This document shows, piece by piece, positions 19,179 through 26,260 of a stretch of DNA of 26,260 nt (the first letter of the stretch is position 1; every line of letters starts with the position of its first letter). Source of the DNA: a virus (taxonomy: Duplodnaviria; Caudoviricetes); the IMG/VR virus record IMGVR_UViG_3300005860_000102, positions 1 through 26,260 of that record; one strand, written 5' to 3'. The position numbers and the translations under genes are program-made. Below the pieces are notes generated by a model. The model did not search any database. It was given only the letters and a program-made list of their open reading frames with translations, and was not told the DNA's origin.

Positions 19179-19358
19179 TTAGGCTCGAGTGCTTCTCTGG
19201 CTGGAACGCTTAACCCAGAAAGCGTAGGCTATAAGGAGGGCCGCCAGGGTGCAGAAGATCATAGCGATGGTGTCCACGATCCTGTTAACCCAAGCGGGTT
19301 GCGTTGCCAACCAGTTATTGAACCACCTGCTTAGAAGCGGGTAGAAGATTCTCCACAT
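19179..19358 (-). CDS. Small antisense-oriented membrane protein (moron-like)
   Basis: SD GGGGGTGA then ATG at 19358; one hydrophobic helix IAMIFCTLAALLIAYAFWV; fills the gap between two + genes. Confidence 0.6.
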   Translation of the reverse strand: MWRIFYPLLSRWFNNWLATQPAWVNRIVDTIAMIFCTLAALLIAYAFWVKRSSQRSTRA

Positions 19359-19370
19359 TCCCTTCACCCC

Positions 19371-19403
19371 CAGTCAGCATATTCTGCTGGCTGTTTTGAT
19401 TTT
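19371..19403 (+). terminator. Putative intrinsic terminator at end of virion genes
   Basis: CAGTCAGCA-TATTC-TGCTGGCTG 9-bp stem (one G-U pair) followed by TTTTGATTTT. Confidence 0.5.
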
Positions 19404-19425
19404 CCTGCCGAAAGGGGGTTCGCCT

Positions 19426-20736
19426 ATGAACATCCTCATCATCTCCGCGCTGGCCGATTCCTCTGGCCTGGGAGTGCGGCTGAAGGCCGAGGGGCACAAC
19501 GTCCTGTACTACATCCACATGGACGCCGAGAAGGAGACTTGCGATGGCATTCTCGACAAGGTGGACGACTGGCGGCCATACGTTGAGGAAAGCGATCTCA
19601 TTATTATCGATGATGTCGACCAGAAGGAACCCGGCGAGTCTGCCTACCAGGGCGGCAAGTGGTACGAGGAGCTACGCGAGAAGTACCCCGACAAGGCGAT
19701 CATCGGCGGCTCCTCCTGGGCGTCGAAGCTGGAGAACGACAGGATGTTCGGGCAGGAGGTACTGCAAGCCTGCGGCGTGCCTACGGTGCCGATGCACCGC
19801 TTCACCGACTTTGAGGATGCGATAGCCTTCGTCTCTAAGCAAGGTGGAGGATGGGCACTAAAGACGGAAGGGCAGATGGATAGAACGCTCGCCCATGTGT
19901 CTTGGGAACCGGAGGATATGATCGAGTATTTGGAGTGGTTGGACGCCAACTGGGAGATGTTGCAACCGGGCAAGCAGCCCGCATTTGTGCTTCAGAGAGC
20001 AGTAAAGGGCATCGAATTCGCTGTCACGGCGTTCTTTGACGGGGAGAAATTCCGCGAAGACTGCGTTTACCTTAACCAAGAGATTAAGCGGCTGATGCCT
20101 GGGGACGTTGGCCCCAGCACGGGTCAAATGTCTGAAATTGGGATTGTTGTTCCACGGGCTCGGTTATTCCAGACGGTCTTAAAGCCCCTGGAGCCAGTTC
20201 TGCGAGAGAAGGGGGTAACGCACTTCATAGACCTGAACTGCATCATCGCAAGTCCAGATACGGTGATTCCTCTGGAGTTTACTGGCCCGCGCTTCGGGTA
20301 TCCCACCATCTATTCCCTTATCGAGCTTGCGGATGAACCCATTGGGCAAATGCTGTTCAAGTTAGCAACTCGTTCTCCCGAACCTGTGCGGCTGTATCCT
20401 GGGTTTGTCGCAACGCTTGTGATCGGGACGAACCGCTTCCCGTTCACGCACCCGCTCAATCGGTTCTGTTACGTTAGGGGCATCGAAGACGTGGGGTTGC
20501 GCCACGTGCACCTGGCTGCAGTCAAGTGGGCCAACGGACTGCTAGTGGGGGCCGATGATTCTGGTTATCTCCTAGTCATTACCGGGCGTGGTCGGACGAT
20601 TGAGGAGGCGACCCGCAAGGTGTACAGCATCGTGGACAAGATCGATGTTGTGCCGTTCAAGATTTACAGGAACGACATCGGGCCGAAGACGGCCCGAGAG
20701 TTTGAGATTCTGCAAAGCTGGGGGTGGTTGGCTTGA
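19426..20736 (+). CDS. PurD-like ATP-grasp ligase, diverged (probably not a GAR synthetase)
   Basis: KLENDRMFGQEVL..CGVPT, WALKTEG, EIKRLMPGDVGPSTGQM, LEFTGPRFGYPT and terminal YRNDIG parallel PurD motifs; SD AAGGGGGT. Confidence 0.85.
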   Translation: MNILIISALADSSGLGVRLKAEGHNVLYYIHMDAEKETCDGILDKVDDWRPYVEESDLIIIDDVDQKEPGESAYQGGKWYEELREKYPDKAIIGGSSWASKLENDRMFGQEVLQACGVPTVPMHRFTDFEDAIAFVSKQGGGWALKTEGQMDRTLAHVSWEPEDMIEYLEWLDANWEMLQPGKQPAFVLQRAVKGIEFAVTAFFDGEKFREDCVYLNQEIKRLMPGDVGPSTGQMSEIGIVVPRARLFQTVLKPLEPVLREKGVTHFIDLNCIIASPDTVIPLEFTGPRFGYPTIYSLIELADEPIGQMLFKLATRSPEPVRLYPGFVATLVIGTNRFPFTHPLNRFCYVRGIEDVGLRHVHLAAVKWANGLLVGADDSGYLLVITGRGRTIEEATRKVYSIVDKIDVVPFKIYRNDIGPKTAREFEILQSWGWLA

Positions 20737-21125
20737 TTGGGGTGGGCGTCCTTTATGCGTACGATCTTTATGGATGTCGCTTCTGTCCCACCGATGTTGG
20801 CAAACTCACCCGCGCCGTGATTGAGACGGCCCGTGATGCAGGCATGCAGGTCGTGGAGGACGCGGGTGGCTTCTTTTCACAGGAGAAGTGGGGCGACCAG
20901 TATGGTAGTAGCGTTATCACCTTGGTGGTGCCACTGAAAGAGTCGCACCTAGCTATTCACACCTGGCCCGCGCACCGCTTCGTCTCGGTCGATTTCTACA
21001 CCTGCGGTGATCCCTACAAGGCTTACGATGCGATGGAAGCGTTGGCACAATCCTTTGGCCCCGAGCGGATCGAGCGCAACACGGTCTGGCGGGGGCTGAT
21101 GCTGGGAGGGGATGGGCGTGCGTGA
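20733..21125 (+). CDS. speD: SpeD/AdoMetDC-family pyruvoyl-dependent decarboxylase proenzyme
   Basis: DLYGC, LKESHLAIHTWP (E-S autocleavage site), DFYTCG; TTG start overlaps the upstream TGA. Confidence 0.88.
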   Translation: MIGVGVLYAYDLYGCRFCPTDVGKLTRAVIETARDAGMQVVEDAGGFFSQEKWGDQYGSSVITLVVPLKESHLAIHTWPAHRFVSVDFYTCGDPYKAYDAMEALAQSFGPERIERNTVWRGLMLGGDGRA

Positions 21126-22188
21126 GAGACTTGCGGCTTTCGAGATGATGCGGCGGCTGTCGGAAGTCCCTCCCCAAGCGGAGGGGCTTTCGTTTGGTGC
21201 GTTGCCCTCGCCCTGGGACCCGCGTGATTACCGCTACCAGCGGCTGGTTCCGATGGCGGTGGAGTTGCCTGCGGAGTGGAGCTTCAGGCCGAATCTTCCG
21301 CCGCCGTGGAATCAGGGCATGCTGGGCACCTGTGTTGGAGCCGCTGCCTGCTGGGGTTGCCAGGCGTTCGATGAAATCCAGCAGGGCGATTTCCCTGCGC
21401 AGGGCCTGTCGGTGGCGTTCCTCTACACCGAGTGCAAGCGGCGCGACGGCATTCCCGATGTGCCTGGCACGTGGCCTCGCGTGGCGATGCAGGTACTCCA
21501 GCAGGCGGGTGTGTGTCCTGAGCAGGACATGCCCTATTCGGTGCTCACGCGGGACACCATGCCGCTACCCTTGCCCAGCCAGACGGCCTATCAGAATGCG
21601 CTCAAGTACCGCATCAAGACGTATGCAGCCCTGTGCACGTTCGATGATGCCAGCCGCAACGCAGAGGCCCTGCTAGCGGCAATCAAGACGGCCATCATGC
21701 GCGAGGGGCCAGTGCTGGGTGCCGTTGTGGTGCACCGCTCGTTCCTGTACCCGAAGGCTCCTGATTATGTCCTGCCAGTACCCGATGATGATGCCCCTCT
21801 TGGGGGCCATGCGGTATGCCTCACGGGGTGGTCTGATGCGAAGCAGGCATTCGAGATGCGCAACTCCTGGGGTACGGCCTGGGGAGATGGCGGGTATGCG
21901 TGGCTCCCCTATGCGTGGCTGACGGCGCGGCGGAACTATGGTTGGTGCTTCATGGAGGCGTGGACGACGGTGGACAATGTGGTGCTACGCACCGCCAAGG
22001 AGATCGTGCTGGTGCCTGGGAGCAGCGTCGCGGTGGTCGATGGCGAGGAAATCTGGCTCGACCAACCCGCCATCGTCACAGCGCGCAGTCGCACTCTGAT
22101 GCCCGTGCGCTTCATGGCATGCAACATGGGTTACCTGGTGGACTACGCAGATGGGCGCGTGATTCTGCGGCGGCCACAGGGGGTATGA
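21112..22188 (+). CDS. Papain-like (C1) cysteine peptidase with C-terminal copper-amine-oxidase-N-like domain
   Basis: DPRDY, NQGMLGTCVG (Gln/Cys), GGHAVCLTGW (His), RNSWGTAWGDGGY (Asn); C-terminal LDQPAIV..SRTLMPVRF...MGYLV. Confidence 0.9.
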   Translation: MGVRERLAAFEMMRRLSEVPPQAEGLSFGALPSPWDPRDYRYQRLVPMAVELPAEWSFRPNLPPPWNQGMLGTCVGAAACWGCQAFDEIQQGDFPAQGLSVAFLYTECKRRDGIPDVPGTWPRVAMQVLQQAGVCPEQDMPYSVLTRDTMPLPLPSQTAYQNALKYRIKTYAALCTFDDASRNAEALLAAIKTAIMREGPVLGAVVVHRSFLYPKAPDYVLPVPDDDAPLGGHAVCLTGWSDAKQAFEMRNSWGTAWGDGGYAWLPYAWLTARRNYGWCFMEAWTTVDNVVLRTAKEIVLVPGSSVAVVDGEEIWLDQPAIVTARSRTLMPVRFMACNMGYLVDYADGRVILRRPQGV

Positions 22189-22191
22189 GGG

Positions 22192-22767
22192 ATGGAGGAG
22201 TTTGTGGCGTTGCTGGAGGCGCAGGCGGGCATACCGCCCGAGAAGTTCTTCCAGAAGATGTACCCCTACGCGCTGGACGTGGCGGCGGAACTGGAGATTC
22301 CGCCATCCGTGTCTCTGGCGCACTGGGCGGTCGAGTCGGGGTTCGAGTCTCCCAAGTGGGTGGATTACAACAACTACGGCGGCATCACGGATGGTGGGCC
22401 TCCGCACTTCCGCAGGTACGACACGATAGACGACTTCATACGCGACTATATCCGGGTGTTGCGCCTGCCGTACTACCGCGAGGTGCTGGAATTGGCAAAG
22501 CAACACGCACCTGCGGAGGAGATTGCACGTGCGCTGGGCCGTAGTCCGTGGGACGCTGGGCACTACGGCGGTGATGGCAAGAACCTCATTGCGGTGATGC
22601 GGCGGTACAACCTGTCGCTGTTTGACCCAGCATGGTGGGCGTACAGGGCGTGGCAGTGGGGTGTGCGTCGGGGCGTGACTGACGGCACCGCGCCGAGCAC
22701 CGTCGCCACCCGTGAGATGGTGGTGGCGATGCTCTACCGCGCCCTGGTGGGGGAGGGGAGGGAGTAG
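22192..22767 (+). CDS. Endolysin, glucosaminidase (GH73)-like, with C-terminal SLH-like wall-binding segment
   Basis: LAHWAVESGF, YNNYGGI, FRRYDTIDDFI; C-terminal WQWGVRRGVTDGTAP...TREMVVAMLYR. Confidence 0.8.
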   Translation: MEEFVALLEAQAGIPPEKFFQKMYPYALDVAAELEIPPSVSLAHWAVESGFESPKWVDYNNYGGITDGGPPHFRRYDTIDDFIRDYIRVLRLPYYREVLELAKQHAPAEEIARALGRSPWDAGHYGGDGKNLIAVMRRYNLSLFDPAWWAYRAWQWGVRRGVTDGTAPSTVATREMVVAMLYRALVGEGRE

Positions 22768-22769
22768 GC

Positions 22770-23027
22770 ATGAGCGGGGTGAAAAAGGGGGCGAGTGCTA
22801 TGCTGGAAGTCCTGGCGACGAAGGTGGATGGAATGGAATCCGTCCTCTCGGAGGTGCGCCAGGACGTAAAGGACATCAGGGATCGGGTAACGCGGCTGGA
22901 AACGGAGATGGCGGCCCTGCGTTCTAAGCCGTCCAACAACAACGGCTGGCAGAAGTACGTCTGGAACGTCATCTCCATGCTGGTGGGGGCGGTGCTTACT
23001 CTGGCGGGGGTGAAGATCACGCATTAG
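22770..23027 (+). CDS. XhlA-like lysis protein (coiled coil plus C-terminal TM helix)
   Basis: Heptad helix VKDIRDRVTRLE then VISMLVGAVLTLAGV; follows the lysin. Confidence 0.65.
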   Translation: MSGVKKGASAMLEVLATKVDGMESVLSEVRQDVKDIRDRVTRLETEMAALRSKPSNNNGWQKYVWNVISMLVGAVLTLAGVKITH

Positions 23028-23030
23028 CCC

Positions 23031-23093
23031 ATCGCACAGTGAGAATCGCACACTGCTCCCCAAGAATCGCACGCGTGCGATTTGCGTGCGTTT
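23031..23093. promoter_or_regulatory. Cluster of ATCGCAC half-sites including an 18-bp perfect palindrome
   Basis: ATCGCAC at 23031, 23045, 23066; AATCGCACGCGTGCGATT at 23065-23082; imperfect inverted copy at 23086. Confidence 0.6.
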
Positions 23094-23116
23094 TGCATTT
23101 GTAAAGGAGGGATACC

Positions 23117-23467
23117 GTGACTCAGATCACCTTTGTCTTGACGCCCGCGATGGTGGACGCCATGCTGGGCGTCCTTATTGTAACGGCGGGGGATATACTC
23201 TTCGGCGTGATACTTGCCCTCAGCAGGGGCGAGTTTGACTTCGGCAAGTTGCCTTCGTTCCTACGCGCAACGGTGCTTCCCTATATCGGTGGGCTCCTCA
23301 TCCTGGGTGCGCTTGCCACGGCGAACAACATCAAGATAGGCGATGTGGATGTGTCAGGCACGCTGATGGCGGCGTATTTCGCCTCTGCGGCTTTCGTTGC
23401 TGGCAAGCTCCTGAAGGACATCGGGTTGAAGGTAGCCCAGCTTATCGGGCGTGATAGCAACGCATGA
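23117..23467 (+). CDS. Putative holin (about 3 TM helices)
   Basis: SD AAAGGAGG; three hydrophobic segments; DILFGVILAL..GEFDFGKL pattern; lysis context. Confidence 0.7.
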   Translation: MTQITFVLTPAMVDAMLGVLIVTAGDILFGVILALSRGEFDFGKLPSFLRATVLPYIGGLLILGALATANNIKIGDVDVSGTLMAAYFASAAFVAGKLLKDIGLKVAQLIGRDSNA

Positions 23468-24594
23468 GGATATCCCGTTGGGATGCCGAGTTCCAGCGGC
23501 GCGTGCTAGAATTACACCAGCAGGGCCTGTCTCGCCGGGAAATCGCTCGGCGGCTGGGATGCAGTCACGTCACGGTATCGGAGGCCCTGCGTTTGATCGG
23601 CCAACCTGCTGATAACCCCCCTCCATCCCCATCCTCCCAGGAGGAGCCGCCGCGCCAAAAGGCATGGGAAGAAGTCCTGGCCGAGTCGGTGCGGCGGCTC
23701 CCCGCCCCCATACCGCCACCGAAGATCACGCGCTGGCAATATGACGAAGAGGAAGCGGTCCTCCTCCTCTCGGATGTGCATGTGGGCCAGCTTACCACGC
23801 TTGAAGCGACCAACGGCGTCTACCAGCACAACCTGGAAGTCTTCCGCAAGCAGGTGGGCAAACTGTGGAAGGCAATACAGTCCATCGTCAACATCGAGCG
23901 GCCATCGGTGGGGTGGAGGCGGCTTCACGTCTTCATGCTGGGCGACATGGTGGAAGGGGACAATCTCCGCGAGGGGATGCGGATTGAGGCGGTTGCCACG
24001 CAGCAGGTGATGGAACTGCTGGCCGAGCTACGCAATCTCTTCGTGGGCCTGCTGGGGCTGTTCGAGGAGATTCGCGTGGTGGGTGTCCCTGGCAATCACG
24101 GGCGCATCACACGCAGGCCAGGGATAGGTGGGTCGGGAGTGCTATCACCTGTTCAAAATCTGGACTGGCTTGCGTATCGCTTTCTCCAAGCGTCCCTGAG
24201 TGACCAGGAGCGCATCACCTGGGAGTTTCCGCAAGCCATGTTTGCTCAGGTAGAGGTGATGGGACACCGCTTCGTGCTGGAGCATGGTGGGTCGCTGAGA
24301 GGGGGAGCATTCGGCGCGTTTGGATCGATCCCGTACTACGCATGTGACCGAGCAATGGCGTCTCTAATCGGAGTACTGGAGGAGAGGCCAGATTACTATT
24401 GCGTGGGTCATGTGCATCGTTCAGCCATACTGAGCGCCCCTGGCAAGGGCATGATTTTGATAAACGGCGCGTGGCCTGCCACGTCCGAATGGGCACTAAC
24501 AGAACGCAAGCTCTACACCCGACCCTGTCAATGGATGCTTTCGGTGCATCCGAAGCAGGGGGCGTGCATGTTCAGGAGGCTCTACCTTGACTGA
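23464..24594 (+). CDS. HTH fused to calcineurin-like metallophosphoesterase
   Basis: N-terminal GLSRREIARRLGCSHVTV; SDVHVG, GDMVEG, PGNHGR, EHG and GHVH metal motifs; ATGA overlap with holin. Confidence 0.88.
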   Translation: MRISRWDAEFQRRVLELHQQGLSRREIARRLGCSHVTVSEALRLIGQPADNPPPSPSSQEEPPRQKAWEEVLAESVRRLPAPIPPPKITRWQYDEEEAVLLLSDVHVGQLTTLEATNGVYQHNLEVFRKQVGKLWKAIQSIVNIERPSVGWRRLHVFMLGDMVEGDNLREGMRIEAVATQQVMELLAELRNLFVGLLGLFEEIRVVGVPGNHGRITRRPGIGGSGVLSPVQNLDWLAYRFLQASLSDQERITWEFPQAMFAQVEVMGHRFVLEHGGSLRGGAFGAFGSIPYYACDRAMASLIGVLEERPDYYCVGHVHRSAILSAPGKGMILINGAWPATSEWALTERKLYTRPCQWMLSVHPKQGACMFRRLYLD

Positions 24595-25099
24595 GCAGGA
24601 GCTAGAGGAACTGTTCGCTTGGGGCGAAGAAGTGGCACGGCGTGCGGGCTTGACGCCCGAGAAGTCGCGCGTGATTCTCCAAGCAGTACGGCGGGAAAAG
24701 ACAAACCTTCCAGGGAGGGATTGGGTGGAGCCTAAGACGCTCGAAGAGGCGGTCGAAATCCTTGTGCGCGAGCAGTTGCGCATCCTTTACGAGCGGCACA
24801 AACGCTATGGCCCGCAGAACATCCTCCGTGGCGGCAAGCTGGGCGTGCTCATGCGCATGCGCGACAAGCTGGAGCGGGCGTGGACACTGACGGGGCTCAA
24901 TCAGCTTGGCGAGTGCCGGGATGCGTGGGAGTTTGCGCAAAAGGTGGCGGCGGGGGAAATAATCCCACCCCCCGATGACTGCGGCGAGAGCGTAGGAGAT
25001 TCGGTGCTTGATCTGGCAAACTACGCGCTCATCTACCGCCTGCTTGAGCGCGGCTGGTTCTCTCTTCCGCTTCAGCGGCCTCCGGCCCCCAGCGGGTGA
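24587..25099 (+). CDS. DUF1599/Nmad1-like (MazG-like all-alpha) protein with N-terminal extension
   Basis: RHKRYGPQNI...GVLMRMRDKLER...ESVGDSVLDLANYALI. Confidence 0.75.
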   Translation: MTEQELEELFAWGEEVARRAGLTPEKSRVILQAVRREKTNLPGRDWVEPKTLEEAVEILVREQLRILYERHKRYGPQNILRGGKLGVLMRMRDKLERAWTLTGLNQLGECRDAWEFAQKVAAGEIIPPPDDCGESVGDSVLDLANYALIYRLLERGWFSLPLQRPPAPSG

Positions 25100-25382
25100 G
25101 GGGGTTGCGGAGGTACAGGCGCAGGAGTCGGTAGAGGCTCAACGCCTGCGCCTCAGATATGTACAGCGAAAACGACACATCGCCGTTCGGGGTGCACAGT
25201 ATGTACCTGCCCTCGGAAAGCGGTGCAAAGCGGATTTCGCCTCTAGTGGCATCGTATCGGAGTTCGACCTGGACCTGCATCAGCACCGCCTCCGCTATGT
25301 TTATCGTGGATTCAGGCTGGTTTCGCGCCTTAGTTGACGTAATGTATACTTTTGGACGCGAACGCCTGCCCGAATCCCTCAT
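25029..25382 (-). CDS. Hypothetical protein co-transcribed with repressor
   Basis: ATGA overlap with repressor stop; 117 aa; 3' end overlaps the convergent DUF1599-like gene. Confidence 0.55.
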   Translation of the reverse strand: MRDSGRRSRPKVYITSTKARNQPESTINIAEAVLMQVQVELRYDATRGEIRFAPLSEGRYILCTPNGDVSFSLYISEAQALSLYRLLRLYLRNPLTRWGPEAAEAEERTSRAQAGGR

Positions 25383-25735
25383 GAAGCGACCAGCAGGGTG
25401 GCCGCTTCTTCATCGGGAACGTCAAAATTTGCCACGGCCTGGAGGATGCGCAGGGCCAGCTGACGCCGCTCGTGGGGAATGCGCTTCCACAGGGCGTCTA
25501 GCAGGGCGCGCTCCTCTTCGGTGACGTGGTTTTCGTCCTCGAAGAACACAGAGATCGGTACTCGGAGGACGTCAGCGATTAGGCGAAGATCCGTCAATGA
25601 CGGTTCCCGCCTATCTGTTTCCCAGTGGCCTATCATGGCGTGGCTTCTGCCGATGGCCTCGGCTAGTTGGGCTTGGCTATAGCCCGCTTGTTCCCGGATC
25701 GTCCGCAGTCTGTTGCCGCTGAATCTCGGCATCAT
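25379..25735 (-). CDS. XRE-family HTH repressor (cI-like)
   Basis: RLRTIREQAGYSQAQLAEAIGRSHAMIGHWETDRREP; SD AGAAAGGGGG; no S24 peptidase domain. Confidence 0.9.
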   Translation of the reverse strand: MMPRFSGNRLRTIREQAGYSQAQLAEAIGRSHAMIGHWETDRREPSLTDLRLIADVLRVPISVFFEDENHVTEEERALLDALWKRIPHERRQLALRILQAVANFDVPDEEAATLLVAS

Positions 25736-25771
25736 TAGCACCCCCTTTCTTCAGTATTCCCCGCAACACCC

Positions 25772-25799
25772 ATTATATGCATCGCTTACTGTGTGTCAA
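25772..25799 (-). promoter_or_regulatory. Sigma-A promoter for repressor operon
   Basis: Minus strand TTGACA-16 nt-TATAAT. Confidence 0.85.
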
Positions 25800-25838
25800 C
25801 GTCCAAAACATGGCAGGGTTGTTCACTCCGGAGGGGTA

Positions 25839-25867
25839 TTGACAACCTGTAGAGGCTTCGCTAAAAT
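25839..25867 (+). promoter_or_regulatory. Sigma-A promoter for cro-like early operon
   Basis: TTGACA-17 nt-TAAAAT. Confidence 0.85.
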
Positions 25868-25885
25868 GGAGGCGGTGATCAACAG

Positions 25886-26098
25886 ATGCTCCGGGAACTC
25901 ATGAAGCAAAAGGGAATAAGCCAGAGGGAACTAGCGGAGAAGGCAGGATGCCACTACTCCTACATATCGCTGATTGCCAACGGGTTGCGGTTCCCGCGCC
26001 CAGACATCCTTGACCGCATAGCGGGAGCTTTGGGCATCACTCCGGAGGAGTGCTACCGCCTCCTGCGCGACCAGCAGCGCGGGCAGGCATCGGCGTAG
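25886..26098 (+). CDS. Cro-like XRE HTH regulator
   Basis: LRELMKQKGISQRELAEKAGCHYSYISLIANGLRFP; divergent from repressor. Confidence 0.9.
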   Translation: MLRELMKQKGISQRELAEKAGCHYSYISLIANGLRFPRPDILDRIAGALGITPEECYRLLRDQQRGQASA

Positions 26099-26099
26099 G

Positions 26100-26113
26100 C
26101 GCAAACGTTTGCG
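26100..26113. promoter_or_regulatory. Perfect palindrome CGCAAACGTTTGCG (operator-like)
   Basis: Sits between the cro stop and the next SD; also present at 10896-10909. Confidence 0.45.
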
Positions 26114-26127
26114 GGGAGGGATGGGGG

Positions 26128-26260
26128 ATGCGGATGGTGGTGGACAGGTTCGTCGGGACGGCAGGCGATCTGTCGTGGCGGGCGCGGGTGGCGCAGGACA
26201 AGCTGCGTAGCAAGTCCCTGCGTTACCTTGATCTGCCGCAGGTGGCGAAGCGGTGGGAGG
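26128..26260 (+). CDS. Hypothetical early protein, runs off window end
   Basis: G-rich SD then ATG; frame MRMVVDRFVGTAGDLSW... open to end. Confidence 0.55.
   Translation, partial: MRMVVDRFVGTAGDLSWRARVAQDKLRSKSLRYLDLPQVAKRWE

Larger units (their letters stand above)
1..26260. mobile_element. Tailed phage/prophage segment, podovirus-like morphogenesis, with lysis and immunity modules
   Basis: Tightly packed co-oriented portal, scaffold, capsid, adaptor, nozzle, ejection and lysis genes, then divergent HTH pair; no tape measure, tail tube or sheath gene recognised; no host housekeeping genes. Confidence 0.95.

Noticed and set aside
19426-20736. Calling the gene purD, a purine-synthesis auxiliary gene
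   Set aside because: PurD substrate-binding motifs are altered or missing and no other pur genes are present.
25815-25849. Imperfect inverted repeat around CTCCGGAG as the cI operator
   Set aside because: Needs gaps to pair and no second copy defines a consensus.
154-25904. Many long alternative-frame and antisense ORFs (e.g. 2520-3473, 4053-4958, 8177-9484, 11822-12814, 16652-17515)
   Set aside because: They shadow well-supported genes in GC-rich DNA and show no recognisable motifs.
1-26260. tRNA, rRNA, reverse transcriptase, terminase or integrase genes
   Set aside because: None recognised by eye; intergenic gaps are short and lack cloverleaf signatures.

Overview
The whole window reads as one contiguous, GC-rich tailed-phage (podovirus-like) genome segment. 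The host is probably a Bacillota/Clostridia-type organism, judging from strong Shine-Dalgarno sites, consensus sigma-A promoters, and SLH-like and copper-amine-oxidase-N-like domains. Gene order on +: Mtd/CLec-fold receptor-binding-like gene with a DGR-type variable region, small head-region genes, portal, scaffold, major capsid, free-standing LAGLIDADG endonuclease, adaptor, nozzle with nested insertions, needle-like protein, two putative ejection proteins (one 1805 aa with a ddrB-ParB-like domain), PurD-like ATP-grasp ligase, SpeD-like pyruvoyl decarboxylase, papain-like protease, GH73-like lysin, holin-like genes, HTH-metallophosphoesterase and a DUF1599-like protein. A divergent cI/cro-like switch follows. 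No terminase, tape measure, integrase, reverse transcriptase or DGR template repeat was recognised in the window. Best leads: (1) a coupled, substrate-diverged PurD-like ligase plus SpeD-like decarboxylase in the late region, a candidate amine-conjugation system; (2) an orphaned DGR target followed by an apparently truncated avd; (3) a locally recoded capsid 3' end beside the homing endonuclease; (4) a protease inside the lysis cassette. All family assignments come from motif recognition by eye, not database searches.
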